A DNA stretch of 64,000 nucleotides, from positions 565,152 through 629,151 of the forward strand of contig JBNZDD010013695.1 in assembly GCA_050575255.1 (NCBI GenBank), given 5' to 3'. The position numbers and the translations under genes were made by a program. The stretch comes from Harriotta raleighana (lineage: Eukaryota). The stretch's first letter is position 1; every line of letters starts with the position of its first letter. This document shows positions 51,965-64,000 of the stretch, piece after piece. Under the pieces are notes generated by a model. That model was not told where the DNA came from and did no database searches. It worked only from the letters and a program-made list of their open reading frames with translations.

Positions 51965-52435
51965 GAATAATCCATGCTTTTGATATAGTGCTTTATCATG
52001 TTTTTGTGACGTTTCAAAACGTGACGTAGGATATAATGTAAAAAACTGTACATTTTGTGGGTGAAATGAGGAAGCCAATTGCGCACGGCAGTGACCCACA
52101 AACAGTCGTGGATTGAGTGATCAATTACAAGAAATCACTTGCCATTTTCAAACTCCTCCAAGAGTCAGCACAAAGTATGCAACCACAGTCCCAAAGCTTT
52201 GCATAATACTCACTTTCACCATTTTAAAATGGAATAGAATTATAATAATCCTTGTACAGTATTTGATATAGTGCTTTTCACGTCTTCCAGACGTCTCAAA
52301 GCGCATCACAGAATATACTTCAAAGTGAACTGACTGTACATATGTGGGGGAAACGCAGCAGCCAATTATGCACAGCAGTGTCTCACAAACAGTCGTGGAT
52401 TGAAATGACAATTTTTTTTGAGTGATTATTGTCAA
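51965..52435 (-). mobile_element. Two truncated dominant SINE copies next to exon 3
   Basis: Tail and core at about 51965-52125 and 52240-52435. Confidence 0.8.
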
Positions 52436-52455
52436 GCAATGTCACAAATACTTAC

Positions 52456-52512
52456 TAGAACAATACTTCATTGGCATCATGCCTTTCATAACGCACAGTT
52501 GTGCACATCAAT
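52456..52512 (-). CDS. rapgef6: PDZ-GEF coding exon 3
   Basis: tatctttcag|A TTG ATG...TTC TA|gtaagt. 57 nt, encodes LMCTTVRYERHDANEVLF(Y). Phase 2-2 fits both neighbours. Confidence 0.93.
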
Positions 52513-53873
52513 CTGAAAGATAAATATTCACACAACAAAGGCTTTTTAAATAGCGATGAGGAAAACATTGAAACATTGATTACATTTCAAATTCTGAACA
52601 AAGCATCTTAGAAAACTTTGTCAATGAATGACAACATTACGTTTGAGTTCAAAAACAAGGTGTTCTGAAAGATTACTCATTAATACAATTGCATGATAAG
52701 ATGTGTGCGGGGAGGGGAGAAAATCACATTTATTTCGTCTCAGTCCCACACATCAAAAATATTTGACTAATAGGGCTGGGTGGCTGAGAATTAGTTTTTT
52801 CTCTGTTCACTCTTTAAAGAAGAAAAAAACCATTTATTTGAAAGAAAGGTCAGATTATTTTAGCCACCAGTGTCTGACACAAGTCGAAATCCATCACCAT
52901 CATTAGGAGTACAGTAAGTAAACCATTCAGAGTTGCACACAAGCATGCAACCTACACATAAAATATTCCCTTGCAATCATGCCATTTTCAATGCACTACA
53001 CATTCTCTCCCTTGCAGGATTCAATCCCATTTAGAGTCAAACCCTCACATGTTTTTCGCCTTAGCACGTCGCGCTACCGGGAAAGCTGCTATATGTGAAG
53101 TAAGAAAACTTGACCACGGATTCGCCCTGGTCTGCCTGGATTGAAACACATGTCTATTGGATTGAAACACATGCCTCAAGCTTGTCAGGCGAATGCTCTA
53201 ACCACTGAGAATATGTTTGTTCAGATGGGCTTTTTCAGTTAGGCCTATCCTACACCCGAGTCTGCCCTTCCAAGTCTTGCCAATGAGCCAGGCTGGCTGA
53301 CCTGTTATCGACAATGCCCCGGAGTATTGAAGGCCCACCTAGCTCAGGAACAAGACAACGATCACCTTCGTAGAGGGTTGACTCGATTCCATTGCCAAAA
53401 ATCTTGAAACCAATTCACAGCCCCAATTAGGAAACCTCATAAGGGACAAAATAGATCCAACCATCGTCAGAATCACCAATCTCTGAATTTCCCACCCCAA
53501 ACCTCCCAAAACACGTAACCACATTGGAAATCCCCTCAACGGGGATTTTTACGTCCAAAAACTCATAAGGTTGTTAAAGACACAAATACAATGGTATTTT
53601 TACCACTAATTTCAGTATTGTTTAAAATTTAAGATTATCAATTCCTTTTCAGGTAATCCCACTTCTCTATAATAAAATCTGCTTTAATCAGGTTATGAAA
53701 CCCAAGCATAGAATAGCATTGTCGATGCCATTAAAAGTCAGTGCTGTTAAGATATTTCTTTACCAAACAAACCATACTGAGAATAAATGAGTTACTTAAA
53801 ACACCAGAGCTGTGGATTAAGAATCAATCCAAGTTTCATTTGGACAAACATCTTTATGCACGTAAATACTCAC

Positions 53874-53944
53874 CTGATCTGATGTTCCCTCAAATTAGAC
53901 AGGTCATCCATGCCATGGAGATGGGAGTATATAATTTCTAAATC
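53874..53944 (-). CDS. rapgef6: PDZ-GEF (RAPGEF6/RAPGEF2 family) coding exon equivalent to exon 2, start of the N-terminal cNMP-like region
   Basis: ttttttcttgaacag|GAT...ATC AG|gtgagt. 71 nt, encodes DLEIIYSHLHGMDDLSNLREHQI(R), matching family motif DLxxIYSYLHGMExLSNLREHQLR. Confidence 0.93.
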
Positions 53945-54005
53945 CTGTTCAAGAAAAAAATAAGACAGATTGAATTCAAAAGCAACAACTTTGTTGAAGG
54001 CCTAA

Positions 54006-54180
54006 CAATAATAATAATCCATTCATTTGATATAGCGCTTCAACACATCTTCAAGACATCTCAAAGCCCTTCACGGAATATACAGTGAAGTGAATTGACT
54101 GTATATTTTGTAAGCAAAACGCCGCACCCAATTGCACACAGCAGCATCCCACAAGCAGTCATGAATTGAGTGACCAAAAT
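54006..54180 (-). mobile_element. Truncated dominant SINE
   Basis: Tail and core in reverse complement. Confidence 0.8.
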
Positions 54181-55367
54181 AATATTATTACTTAATGTGG
54201 CATTCAGTGTGGCTGTACTACGCAGGTGGAAAATTACATCATCCTCATCATTCCTCAAACCACAAAATAACTCTTCAGGTCACGTCGCTGAAAGTAGCAC
54301 TGTAAACATTGCATCATAACCCCTTCCTATCTGCCACACTACTGCCTTTCTGTTATCTGGAACCCTAACCTTCAACTCATTCCCAGCTGCCTCTCTTTCA
54401 TCAGCAATTCATATAGAATTCTTCAAATGGGACAGTGTCTCGAGTGCTTAACAGTGGCAGAGCCTGATACTGGGGTGAATTTGTTTGAGTGTTTGGAGCT
54501 GGGGAAACCAGGAGGAGGGTATTAGAAATAGGCGAGTGAAAAGTCGGGTGTGACGATGGTGGAAAGGATAGCTGGAGAACAAAACCGATGCCTAGGTTAC
54601 ATACAAATTTGGTAAATTTTACGGAAAAAGGAGATTAAGGAGCCACAAATTCTTGATCTATGCCATAAATGTGACTCATTTTTTCCCCTTGATGACAGCT
54701 CTGTTGTAAGTGAAAGTGAGGAGCTAAATGGGGTGTGTAGTTGAAAAAGAGCCAAACAAACAAATTACTGTACTATGATAAAATGGTTTGCTTTGCGGAC
54801 TGCATAAACTAGCTGTGGTTTGTTTGGCTAGAGGTGTGCTGACAAACTAGATGGAAAGACCTCGGAGGTGGAGCTATGAAGTTACCCTCATCTGTGGAGA
54901 AAACGTCTTAGAAATTACTTCCAAGGAAAGACTACATTATTTATAACAATAACAATCCTTGCATTTGATATAGTGCCTTATCACATCTTTGAGGCGTCTC
55001 AATGCGCTTCAGAGTGAAATAACTTTTGGGAAAACTATTTGGGAAAACAGTTGCCCATTTTTCACACTGATTGTTACATGCATATCATTTATTATCCACT
55101 ACAGAACACTTAGGAGCTGGAGTGATAATGACAGCACATTAGCTTACACATTGGCTATTTAATTACTTCAGCAGCTGAGCGAGCTAAATAAACCCCAACT
55201 GAGGGGGAAACTGTGTAGAACTACAGCACTCTACACAACAGTACCATATCTCAGCACCTTGGGACATCGTCCCGACGTGAAAGGCGCTAGAGCAGTGCAA
55301 AATTTGTTGTTATAGTTCAGATGGAATTAAAATTCATGGTTGCAACACATCCACAATGAACAGGAAA

Positions 55368-55632
55368 TGGGGAGTCCCATAGCTCAAGGGTTAGAGCATT
55401 CGCCCTACAAGCGAGAATTCTGGATTCGATTTCAGGCAAGGTGAAACCTTGGGCAAGTTTCCTTACTCCACACGGCCGATAATAATCCCTCACATAAAAA
55501 TTGGTCAATTCATTCCACGACTGTGTGTTTGCCCACAAATAATACACTTTACAGTATATTCTGTGACGCGCTTTGAGACATCAAGAAGACTTGAAAAGCA
55601 CCATATCAAACGCAAAGATTATTATTATTATT
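55368..55632 (+). mobile_element. Dominant SINE with internal deletion
   Basis: tRNA head agctcaagggttagagc...ggattcgatttc, (TTA)n tail. Confidence 0.85.
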
Positions 55633-56733
55633 AAGTGACGTCAGCAATGACCTGATGACTCAGCGTTGACCATTTTTGAAGATAAGGACATCCATTTTTC
55701 TCGATGCTCAGTGAATATAGAAACTGAGTGCTAATAAAGGCAGATTGGAGATTTTGGAGACCTCCAATTACAATCTCATGGAGTGCTATGAGAGAGACAA
55801 CATACCAAGTAAGAATTATAATAATATCAATAAGAATCCTAACATTTGATTTAGCGATTTTCAGAGCAACACAAGCAGCCCAGAAGAAATCAACTTCCTG
55901 CTTAAAATAAGTTGTTGCTTCGATGACAAACAAACAGTCGCAGTGTACAGTAGCACAGAATATCAACTGCAGCATTTAGACCGGACTATTTTTGAAATGT
56001 TCCGTCCCTTCTTGTGAAGTTGCCGTTTTATGCGGAAATAAATCTCCACAGGCACCAGCAACCTGTCAGTATCTCAGCTAAGTAGTCGTTCTTCATGTAC
56101 AAGTCTAGACATTGAATGCCACCAGACTATTTGATCGTATGGGGCGGGGGCGAGCGGTGTCTCATACTCAATTCTGATCTTGTTCTCATCTGATGTCAAC
56201 GCACGTGCACTTTCTTCCAGAATACGAATCTGATCATGAGCCTAAACTTGGCTGTATATAGTGGAAAAATTGCACAGTTGTGTATAATGGTACAGCTTCC
56301 CACATGGGTGCGTACCACATACTGCTAATGCAAGGATGCTTCTGCGGAGATAATTCACGCAAAACACCCGCAGACGTTCCACTGTACAGTACATGCAGCG
56401 AAGCACTTTGGGACACCTGCCAACATGAAAGACACTATCAAATGTAAGGTTATAATATAATAACAATAATCCTTGCATTTAATGATAGCGCTTTTCACGT
56501 CTTATCGACATCTCAAAATACTTCACAGAATATGTTGTAAAGTGAATTGACCGTATGTTTGTGGACGAATATACCTCATGTAAGTTTATCAGTCAGGATC
56601 ATTATGTTTAATATGACCTAGGCAAAGTTTGAGTTTCTCTCCACTGTTATTTGATCCGAGGTGTTCACTATTAAATCGTGGTAAAATTAGGTTTTCATGC
56701 AAAGGTTTAAATAATTCTTTTTTTAAAATGTTT

Positions 56734-56760
56734 CTCGCCACCTAGTGGTAATACTGTACC
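56734..56760 (-). promoter_or_regulatory. CTCF binding motif
   Basis: Minus strand reads GGTACAG-TATTA-CCACTAGGTGGCGAG: a close match to the core CCACYAGRKGGCR plus an upstream TGCAG-like module. Confidence 0.6.
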
Positions 56761-58257
56761 TGCCAATGTGAAAGATTCACAGAAATGCTTACAACTAATA
56801 GATTTAAGTGGATTAATCATGTGGAACAGCCCCCAAGTGCAGAATCCCCAACTCCCGTTAAGTCCCACTTTGCACACTGGATTGCTGGCAGCTTTGATTN
56901 CCCCAACTCCCGTTAAGTCCCACTTTGCACACTGGATTGCTGGCAGCTTTCATTCATGATGTCAAAGGAAGAATATATATATTATATATCTATATATATA
57001 TATAGATATATAATATTATAATCTAATATATTCTGAAGATCCCTCTAGTGGGCTCATTTTTCAACCCTCAGTGAATTGGTTGGCCTTCATAAATAAGATA
57101 ATCACATCACTGTCCCTGTTATTGGGTCATTTCCCAACTGTGGCCGTGTGAGATTAAAATGTAATTTGACCATTGGAAACTCCCACTGCCAAAGTGAGTA
57201 CATGATAATGATCAGAGATCTCTACAGGTTTCAGGAGAAAAAGTGGACCTGCTCGAGGAGTAACAGTTTCTGGGAACGAAGCAAGCTCACACACTCACTT
57301 GGGGAAACCCAGAAACAAGCAAACGAGAAGTAGGAATTATGTTATCTACATATTTAGATTACTTACATTTCTCTTATGGTGTAATCAGTTTCAATCACGT
57401 ATTAACAGTCAAATCAAATTAGAATCTTTTTCATTTAATATAGCGCTATATATCATATCCCCAAACACATCTCAAGGAGCTTCGCAGCATTTACTGAAAA
57501 ATTCTATTTTCGGAGAACACAGCAACCATTTTGCATACAGCATCCATTCTCTCCAAAAGGCCGTGAAGTGAATGACTAATTTTATCTGGACAACTGTTGG
57601 CCTGGACACTGGAAGAAATAACCTTTCAAACCCATGTCATTTTTATAACAATACTGCAGTTTCAAAACCTTAACTTAGTTGCCTAAAGCATTGTAATTAA
57701 CAGAATTTATTTCAGTTTCTCCGCCTCAGGGATGTTGCCTAACACGTAGTGTGCTAGATAAACGCAAGTTGTTGTTGATTGGGTAAGATGGTGCTAATTG
57801 GACAAGTAGCAGGAAGCTTGCCAATGTTTCCAGTTGTACATGTTTTATAGCTGGATAAATGCTACCATTACTCCTAATCCTACTTTGGAGTCCCCGATTC
57901 TCGGCTCTTTAACGAACTGCATCTGATCTCTCGTTAAGACTGGGTGAGCAGAGTGGGTACGTCTCCTTGGGGAGAGAGCGTATCTTCCATACCAGAAAAA
58001 TCAAAACCATAGACACGTGGAAGTTTGCTTTGGAAACTCAAAGAATAGTGATTGCAGTGCGTGTGTGAGATACCCAGCTGCCCAGAAATAGTGAGCGCAC
58101 TTCCCCTTTTTGGGGGGTCAGCCGGATGTCTGACATATCTGGAAACTCTTCACCATGAGCAACAGTACCTAAACCAAACTGAGTTTCATGCATCGCAACA
58201 CATGGAAATTCCTAAGACATTTATTGGAATGGATTGTGCTCTCTCTCTCTCTCTGGC

Positions 58258-58575
58258 TCTGCGTTCACCGCCCTAACTGCCCAACCCTCGGTGGCCGGGC
58301 TTTCAGCCTCTCTGCCCCCACACTTTAGAACTCCATCCCACAATCCCTCTGCCTTGCTTCCTCCCTTTCCTCCTTCAAGGCCGGTCTCAAGACCTTCCTC
58401 TTCGACCGCGCCTTCGGCTCCCTCCTAAACTCTTCCCCCTCTCCCCACTCTATTTCCCCCTTCCCCTACCCCCGACACCACCCCCGCTCAGGTCCCGACC
58501 TGACTGTTCAGCACTTTGGGACGTCCTCCCGATGTGAAAGGCGCTATACAAGTGTAATTTTGTTGTTGTTGTTGT
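58258..58575 (+). mobile_element. L2 3' end
   Basis: GGRAFS-coding ggtggccgggctttcagc, tail gggacgtcctcccgatgtgaaaggcgctatacaagtg, (GTT)n. Confidence 0.85.
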
Positions 58576-58970
58576 CTCCCCCTGGTGCATCCTGCTTACC
58601 TAATTAGGGGGAGTATTAGATCAAGTTGGTAAAATCCAAAGCTTGGGGACCTCAGCGTCTGCATTCAGGTACTGCTGGAGTCTCACCAGATAAAACTGGA
58701 TAGCTTGTCATAGAGAGCACTGTACGACAAGCTTACCCATTGCTTGTCCAGCTGGCGACACTCTACCTGTTGGAACTTAGTTTACAGCTGAGTGGGAAGA
58801 TTCCCTGCACCCGCAGTGACTGTCTGCCTTCTGAATCCTGTCAATAAGCCAGGCTGTCTATTCCGTCATCCGGCAGTGTCCCGGTGAACTGGGGTCCTGA
58901 CTCGGGAAGTGCATTACTGAGACCTCCAGAGAGGTTTGGCTTCATTTTGATATTCCATTGCCAAACATGC
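58576..58970 (+). repeat. Unclassified interspersed repeat family (representative copy)
   Basis: Shares tactgctggagtct...ccag(a/c)taaaac and cagtg.cc.gga..actggg...gctcaggaa modules with 1300-1670, 5990-6175, 16610-16860, 18200-18510, 34000-34310 and 53230-53430. Confidence 0.65.
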
Positions 58971-59262
58971 TGCCTGACTTGCTGTAAATACAGTAGTGAG
59001 GATAAATACGATCATATCAGCTGAGCAAACTATCACGAGACAAACGGAGAGAACTGCCAAAGCTTAGTTATCAACTCAGTTTCCCTTCTCGAACTCCATA
59101 ATGATTTGCAGATGGCAAGTACATTTATAGAACATTTTATACCACAAACTGAATCTGACCCAGCTTAACGTGCCAAAATATCCAGACAAGAGTCCTTTGT
59201 TCTCCTTAGGAAAGGTTTATTTCCACCATCAACAAACTGCTACACTATGTAATAAAAGAACA

Positions 59263-59342
59263 TGCAGCAGGTCAGGCAGCATCTATGGAGAGAGGAAATT
59301 GAGTTAATATTTCAGGTCGATGACCTGACTTCTAATCAGCAT
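59263..59342 (-). mobile_element. Penelope-like terminal fragment with a degenerate hammerhead-like motif
   Basis: Minus strand ctgattagaagtc-AGGTC-atc-GACCT-GAAATATT-aactc...agatgctgcctgacctgctg. Confidence 0.5.
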
Positions 59343-59449
59343 TCCTGCTGGGAGGCAAGGACGTGTGACGCTCTTGGTCAGGGAAGGTGAACCATCAAGG
59401 AACATAATGACTGACTGGTTGTTAGCGATTGGCGGAGTTGCTTTCCTTG

Positions 59450-59652
59450 GGTAATAATCCCTTTAAAATATAGTAATCATTTGATCGCTCAATTCACGAC
59501 TGTTCGTGGGACATTGCTGAGCAGAATTGGCTGCCGCGTTTCACCCACAAAATACACACTTTACAGTATATCCTGTGAAGTGCTTTGAGACCGACTTGAA
59601 GATGGCATCAGTGCTTTACCAACTGCAAGGATTATTATCATCATCATCATCC
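59450..59652 (+). mobile_element. Truncated dominant SINE
   Basis: Core and tail motifs. Confidence 0.75.
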
Positions 59653-61043
59653 TCTTGAGGGGCTACTTTAAGACTATTTTCTAACAATTACTGTAAAAGA
59701 ATTAAAACACGATCCTGCATGAGAGAAATTACAAGTGTTGTTGTCCTTACACCAAAAGGTTATGGAAACCTTTTACAGTGTGTTGCACAGTGCGGGAGCA
59801 GTAGAGTGGGGGAGTCCTATTAGGCCTCAATAAAAATAATAAAAAATAAATCACAGCAGACAAAAGACACGGAGCTGAGTGTACAGAAGCTGGCCTGATC
59901 AGCAATGTCAGTAATAATAATAATAATCCTTTCATTTGATAAAGTGAATTGATTGTATAATTCCAAAGATCCATTCAAATTATTTTCCTTCAACCAAGAT
60001 GCCAGTTCTTGACTGCTAATCAGCACTCCTGCTGGAAGACAAGGACGCACTCAAGGGAAGACAGGTTGTGAAGACCAGCGGTGTTCAAGCAACTTTCAGG
60101 TACTCATAACCTGAGCTGACCCAATGCAGAATAGACGTAGGGACTGAGAACAACCAGCACCTCAGGTAATATTTCAGAAAAGACATTTGAACAACAACGG
60201 TTTAATTACTTATTTTGCTAGATAGTGAGTGTCCACAGTCTTTTGAATCATTTGGGGGACATTCCAAGCATATCCAACATTATCTTCACCTAATATCCCC
60301 AACTCTTTTGNCAGTTGTAGTCTCTGGATAGTGATCAGGAAAGAAACCTTGCCTAATCTCTCCCCCTGTAACCCCAAAACACTGAAATCAAATTCCTTTT
60401 AAAATACAGTATATATATTTTTAAAATAAAACAATGGATAGGGTGAGGACCAGGTNGGAAAGAAACCTTGCCTAATCTCTCCCCCTGTAACCCCAAAACA
60501 CTGAAACCAAATTCCTTTTAAAATACAGTATATATATTTTTTAAATAAAATAATGGATAGGGTGAGGATCAGGCNCTTTTAAAATACAGTATATATATTT
60601 TTAAAATAAAACAATGGATAGGGTGAGGACCAGGTTCAAATGTCAGAATGGCGGCTGTATCATTTCAAGAATAGCACAGTCAAACCTAATATTCTACAAA
60701 CAATTTAATATAAAGGATTGCTGTGTTTCCTCGTCATATCCCTCAGCTTCCAACATCCGGTACATTGCAGCAGAAAAGCCCCACTGTAGTAGTCGTCAGA
60801 GCATTCGTGACAGCACAGCAAAACCTTTGGTTGATGATAAAATTCTTCACAAATAGTGACATGATTTGAGCAGTTTTCAAATCACTGATTTTGTTGTCAA
60901 TTTAAAGCTCAGAGGCGATCTACTTCAGGCACGTTTTGATTTTCGGTTCTTTGTTCAGCAGCAATCTCGCCTCCAAGTAAGAAGGTTGAGAGATCGAAAT
61001 CCCAGTTTCGGACATTAACTCAAATTGTCGAGCTCAGCGGATA

Positions 61044-61117
61044 NNNNNNNNNNNNNNNNNNNNNNNNNNNNNNNNNNNNNNNNNNNNNNNNNNNNNNNNN
61101 NNNNNNNNNNNNNNNNN
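61044..61117. other. Assembly gap
   Basis: Run of 74 N. Confidence 0.98.
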
Positions 61118-61129
61118 GATAGACTCCAA

Positions 61130-61430
61130 TTCTAGGGTGTGCTTATTGTTGAATGTGCCATCCTTCAGATGAGATGTTAAACTGAGGTCCCACCTACACT
61201 ATTCAAAGGATCCGCTCTGAGACGCCGTCCGGCATGGAGGGCGCTATATAAATCGAAGCTGTTGTTGTTGTTGATCCCCATTGCATTATTTAAAAACAAA
61301 AACAGAGGGGGCGTTTCTACCGGTGTTTCGGGTCGCAATTCTCCCAAATAGAATTGGTCATTTGCCTCTTGGCTGTTTGCTGAGACGTCGCTAAGTACTG
61401 TACAATTGGGCTACCTTGTTTGCATACCAC
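61130..61430 (+). mobile_element. Ancient DeuSINE-type element with an inserted L2-type tail at about 61210-61273
   Basis: gtgccatccttcagatgagatgttaaactgaggtccc core and ggcgctatataaat...(gtt)n tail. Confidence 0.6.
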
Positions 61431-62711
61431 ACATACACGCTGAAATCCCAGAGATGGATTTTTCTTCAGATGGAATGCACATTTGTCTCCCTGGAGGGAC
61501 ACATCCTTCCAAATCCAAGATTCGCCCATGTACTCCCACGGCTTTCAGTTTCATCATGAAGGCCACATGAGGGCACTGGGTCAAAAGCCTTTTCGATAGC
61601 TGATGTAAGTGGGTTTCCCCGTAGGGATTACAACATTCTGCGAATTTATGTGGTGAAATATTTCATCCAGCAAAAGGAAGAAAATACCCAAGGTCGGAGG
61701 AAAACAAAATAAATAGCAACTGACACTCCTTACAAGGACAGGTGCCAATCAAAAGCAGCAGCAGAATATATATATATTTTTTAATCTATCTCTGTAAAGA
61801 AATCCTTGTGAATTCACAATACAATAATAACTTGTGCTAAAACTGCTGACCAATCTTCTTTCTCACCACAGTTCTTCACAATGCTAACAATTTAGCTTTT
61901 TTTAAAAAAAATCATCATTAAAAATAAAAAAGGTTGAAATAACCTCGCCAGGCCAGAAAAAGAAAGTAAGATCAGCCAATAATGAGGAGCTCCGACAAGG
62001 GGCAGTTCATGGCAAAGGGCAAGCAGTATCCGAGCGTATTGTGGTGGGAGAGCCTGTGGGTGGGTCTTTCATTTTTCCTTCTCCTTTGTGATACTTCCCA
62101 GGTTGAGGGTTTTCACCCGTGTTCGCAGGTAACCAAGGAAGGGTAACAGCAATCCTTGCTGTTGGTGTAGCGTCTTATCACGTCTTTTGAGACGCCTCAA
62201 AGAACATCACAGACTATACTGTGAAGTGAATCAACTGGGTGTCACTTGTGGGCGAAAGTAACCAATAAGCGCAACCAACGATCAAAAACCCCAAACATCT
62301 GAAACACACTGCATTTCACCAACAAACAAACGCCAAAATGCAGATGGATATGCCGATGCCAATATGAGTATTAAAATCACATGTCCAACAAAGCTGCCTT
62401 TGATTCATTTTGTATTTACTGATCAAAAATATAAGTTACCCCCATCTGGACTCCCTAATTAGCCGCATGTATTGGACGACCCTGTTGTAAAGCACGGGAT
62501 CCAGTTTAAATACTGCACCTAAATATCTCCAGTGACTGCACTACTTACTAACAGGCATGCACCAATTTCCTTAAATGGATGGAAAAATACAACCCGTAAG
62601 CAATTCCAGTCATGTACGAAGTCAAAATCATTCATGACACAATCATTTCCTTGTAATGTACATGCAAAAAAAAAACACACACACAAGTTCAGACAGGACG
62701 CCAACCCAATT

Positions 62712-63004
62712 AGTCCTGTTGCTCAGTGGTTAGAGTACTTGCCTCGCTAGCTAGAGATCTGGGTTCGTGTCCAGGCAGGGCGAAACCTTGGGCAATTTCC
62801 TTAATCCACACTCTTATAATAATCCCTCGAAAACAAACCAACAATAAATTGGTCATTTTCATGACTGTTTGTGGGACACTGCTGTGCGCAATTTAAATTG
62901 GCTGTCGCGTTTTGCCCACAAAGTAGACAGTCAATTCAATTTACAGCATATTCGATCTAGAAGACGTGAAAAGCGCTATATCAAATGCAAGGATTATTAT
63001 TATT
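62712..63004 (+). mobile_element. Full-length dominant SINE
   Basis: gctcagtggttagag head, core, (TTA)n tail. Confidence 0.88.
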
Positions 63005-63781
63005 AAGTGTACAGTACTGCAGCAAATTGCAATTAGCCTTAGGATATCAATATACTTACAAAGGATCAATTTAAACTCAATTCAGAACAAACTGAAAGTT
63101 GAATTTTACTACACACACAGTGCTGTATTGCTCTCAAGGTTCCACCAATACTACTAGAGCCAAGTCTTCGTAATGTGCACAAGGATTATCCCCCAAACTA
63201 ACTCGCCCACTAATTTGGTCTACCTCCGGGAAGAGCCTAGCTCTATTACACACCCTCTAGATGTGGATGAGTAGCTCTTAGATTAACAAATATACCATGT
63301 GTTTCCACAGTTAACTTCCCTACACTGAGGCAATCAGTGATTCAACATCAATCATAGATTGTGCACAAAACAAAATTTTCTGTAAAATTTGAGCACGAGC
63401 CACTCTCTTCCCCTCACACCATCTTCCCCTGTGAAGGCTAACATCTGCTTGTGGAAGGGACAATATATAAATGTGAGTTGCCAAAAATTAAGGTCTAATT
63501 AAGGTTAGGCGGGAAGATCAGTTCCCATAACACTTCATATATCTAAAGGAAATCTTTATTGTAGACTCACAACAGGATTCTCGGTTAAATTTAAAACCAC
63601 TTATAGATGATTAAAGGGAACTTCAAAAATAATACCTCACTTGTTGCCTGAAGATTAAAAACACAACACTGAACATAGCTTTTCTTGAAACAAACACTCC
63701 TAAAGGAATTTGACTTTTTTTTCCTCTTCCACTGGAACGCAGATACTCTCCTTACCCAAAGTACCCCCCACCACCCCCACA

Positions 63782-63812
63782 ACACGCGCACACACACACA
63801 CACACACGCGCG
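63782..63812. repeat. (CA)n/(CG) microsatellite
   Basis: acacgcgcacacacacacacacacacgcgcg. Confidence 0.9.
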
Positions 63813-64000
63813 CTAATATCCCCCTCTCTAAACTAGGATCGAATTCCCAAACTAAACAAGTACAGTAGTTAGGGTGTGAAATGGTTGATGCACAATTCAT
63901 ATCGGCCTTCGAGTGGCCACCAGATGAATACAACTACAACAAAATTACATTGGTATAGCCCCTTTCACATCAGGAGTTTATCCCAAAGCCTTAAAGAGTC

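Noticed and set aside
54000-64000. Search for exon 1 (ending in a KxPPERTP-like motif) and a CpG-island promoter
   Set aside because: None found. Exon 1 probably lies beyond the window end, although the 74-N gap cannot be inspected.

Overview
Vertebrate genomic DNA, not prokaryotic. The repeat content points to a cartilaginous fish, possibly elephant shark/chimaera (inference). The window lies inside one minus-strand PDZ-GEF gene, best called RAPGEF6 with RAPGEF2 not excluded. Seven coding exons with GT-AG borders and matching phases (53874-53944, 52456-52512, 50126-50209, 45092-45164, 38197-38367, 7154-7285, 846-1026) join into one open frame: DLEIIYSHLHGMDDLSNLREHQIR-LMCTTVRYERHDANEVLFY-PNSIATCWYILVSGCVFMKESMYLPSCS-FGKQSAGSLRRSECIVLEPSEMIV-VENISE...TYHM-LPADLSK...[11 protein letters not shown]...TDDDI. 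Exon 1 was not found and the 3' part of the gene lies outside the window. The introns are dense in tRNA/Deu-domain SINEs, L2 and CR1 LINE fragments, pogo/Tigger-like MITEs, Penelope-like termini and an unclassified repeat. The most interesting signal is in the 31-kb intron before the LPAD exon: three tandem ATG-to-phase-0-donor modules within 760 bp (25023-25783) encode Cys-rich alternative N-termini. The same intron holds candidate 9-nt and 27-nt microexons. Several duplications flanking single Ns look like assembly artefacts. Most ORFs in the supplied track are spurious. Repeat boundaries are approximate, and protein comparisons are from memory rather than database searches.
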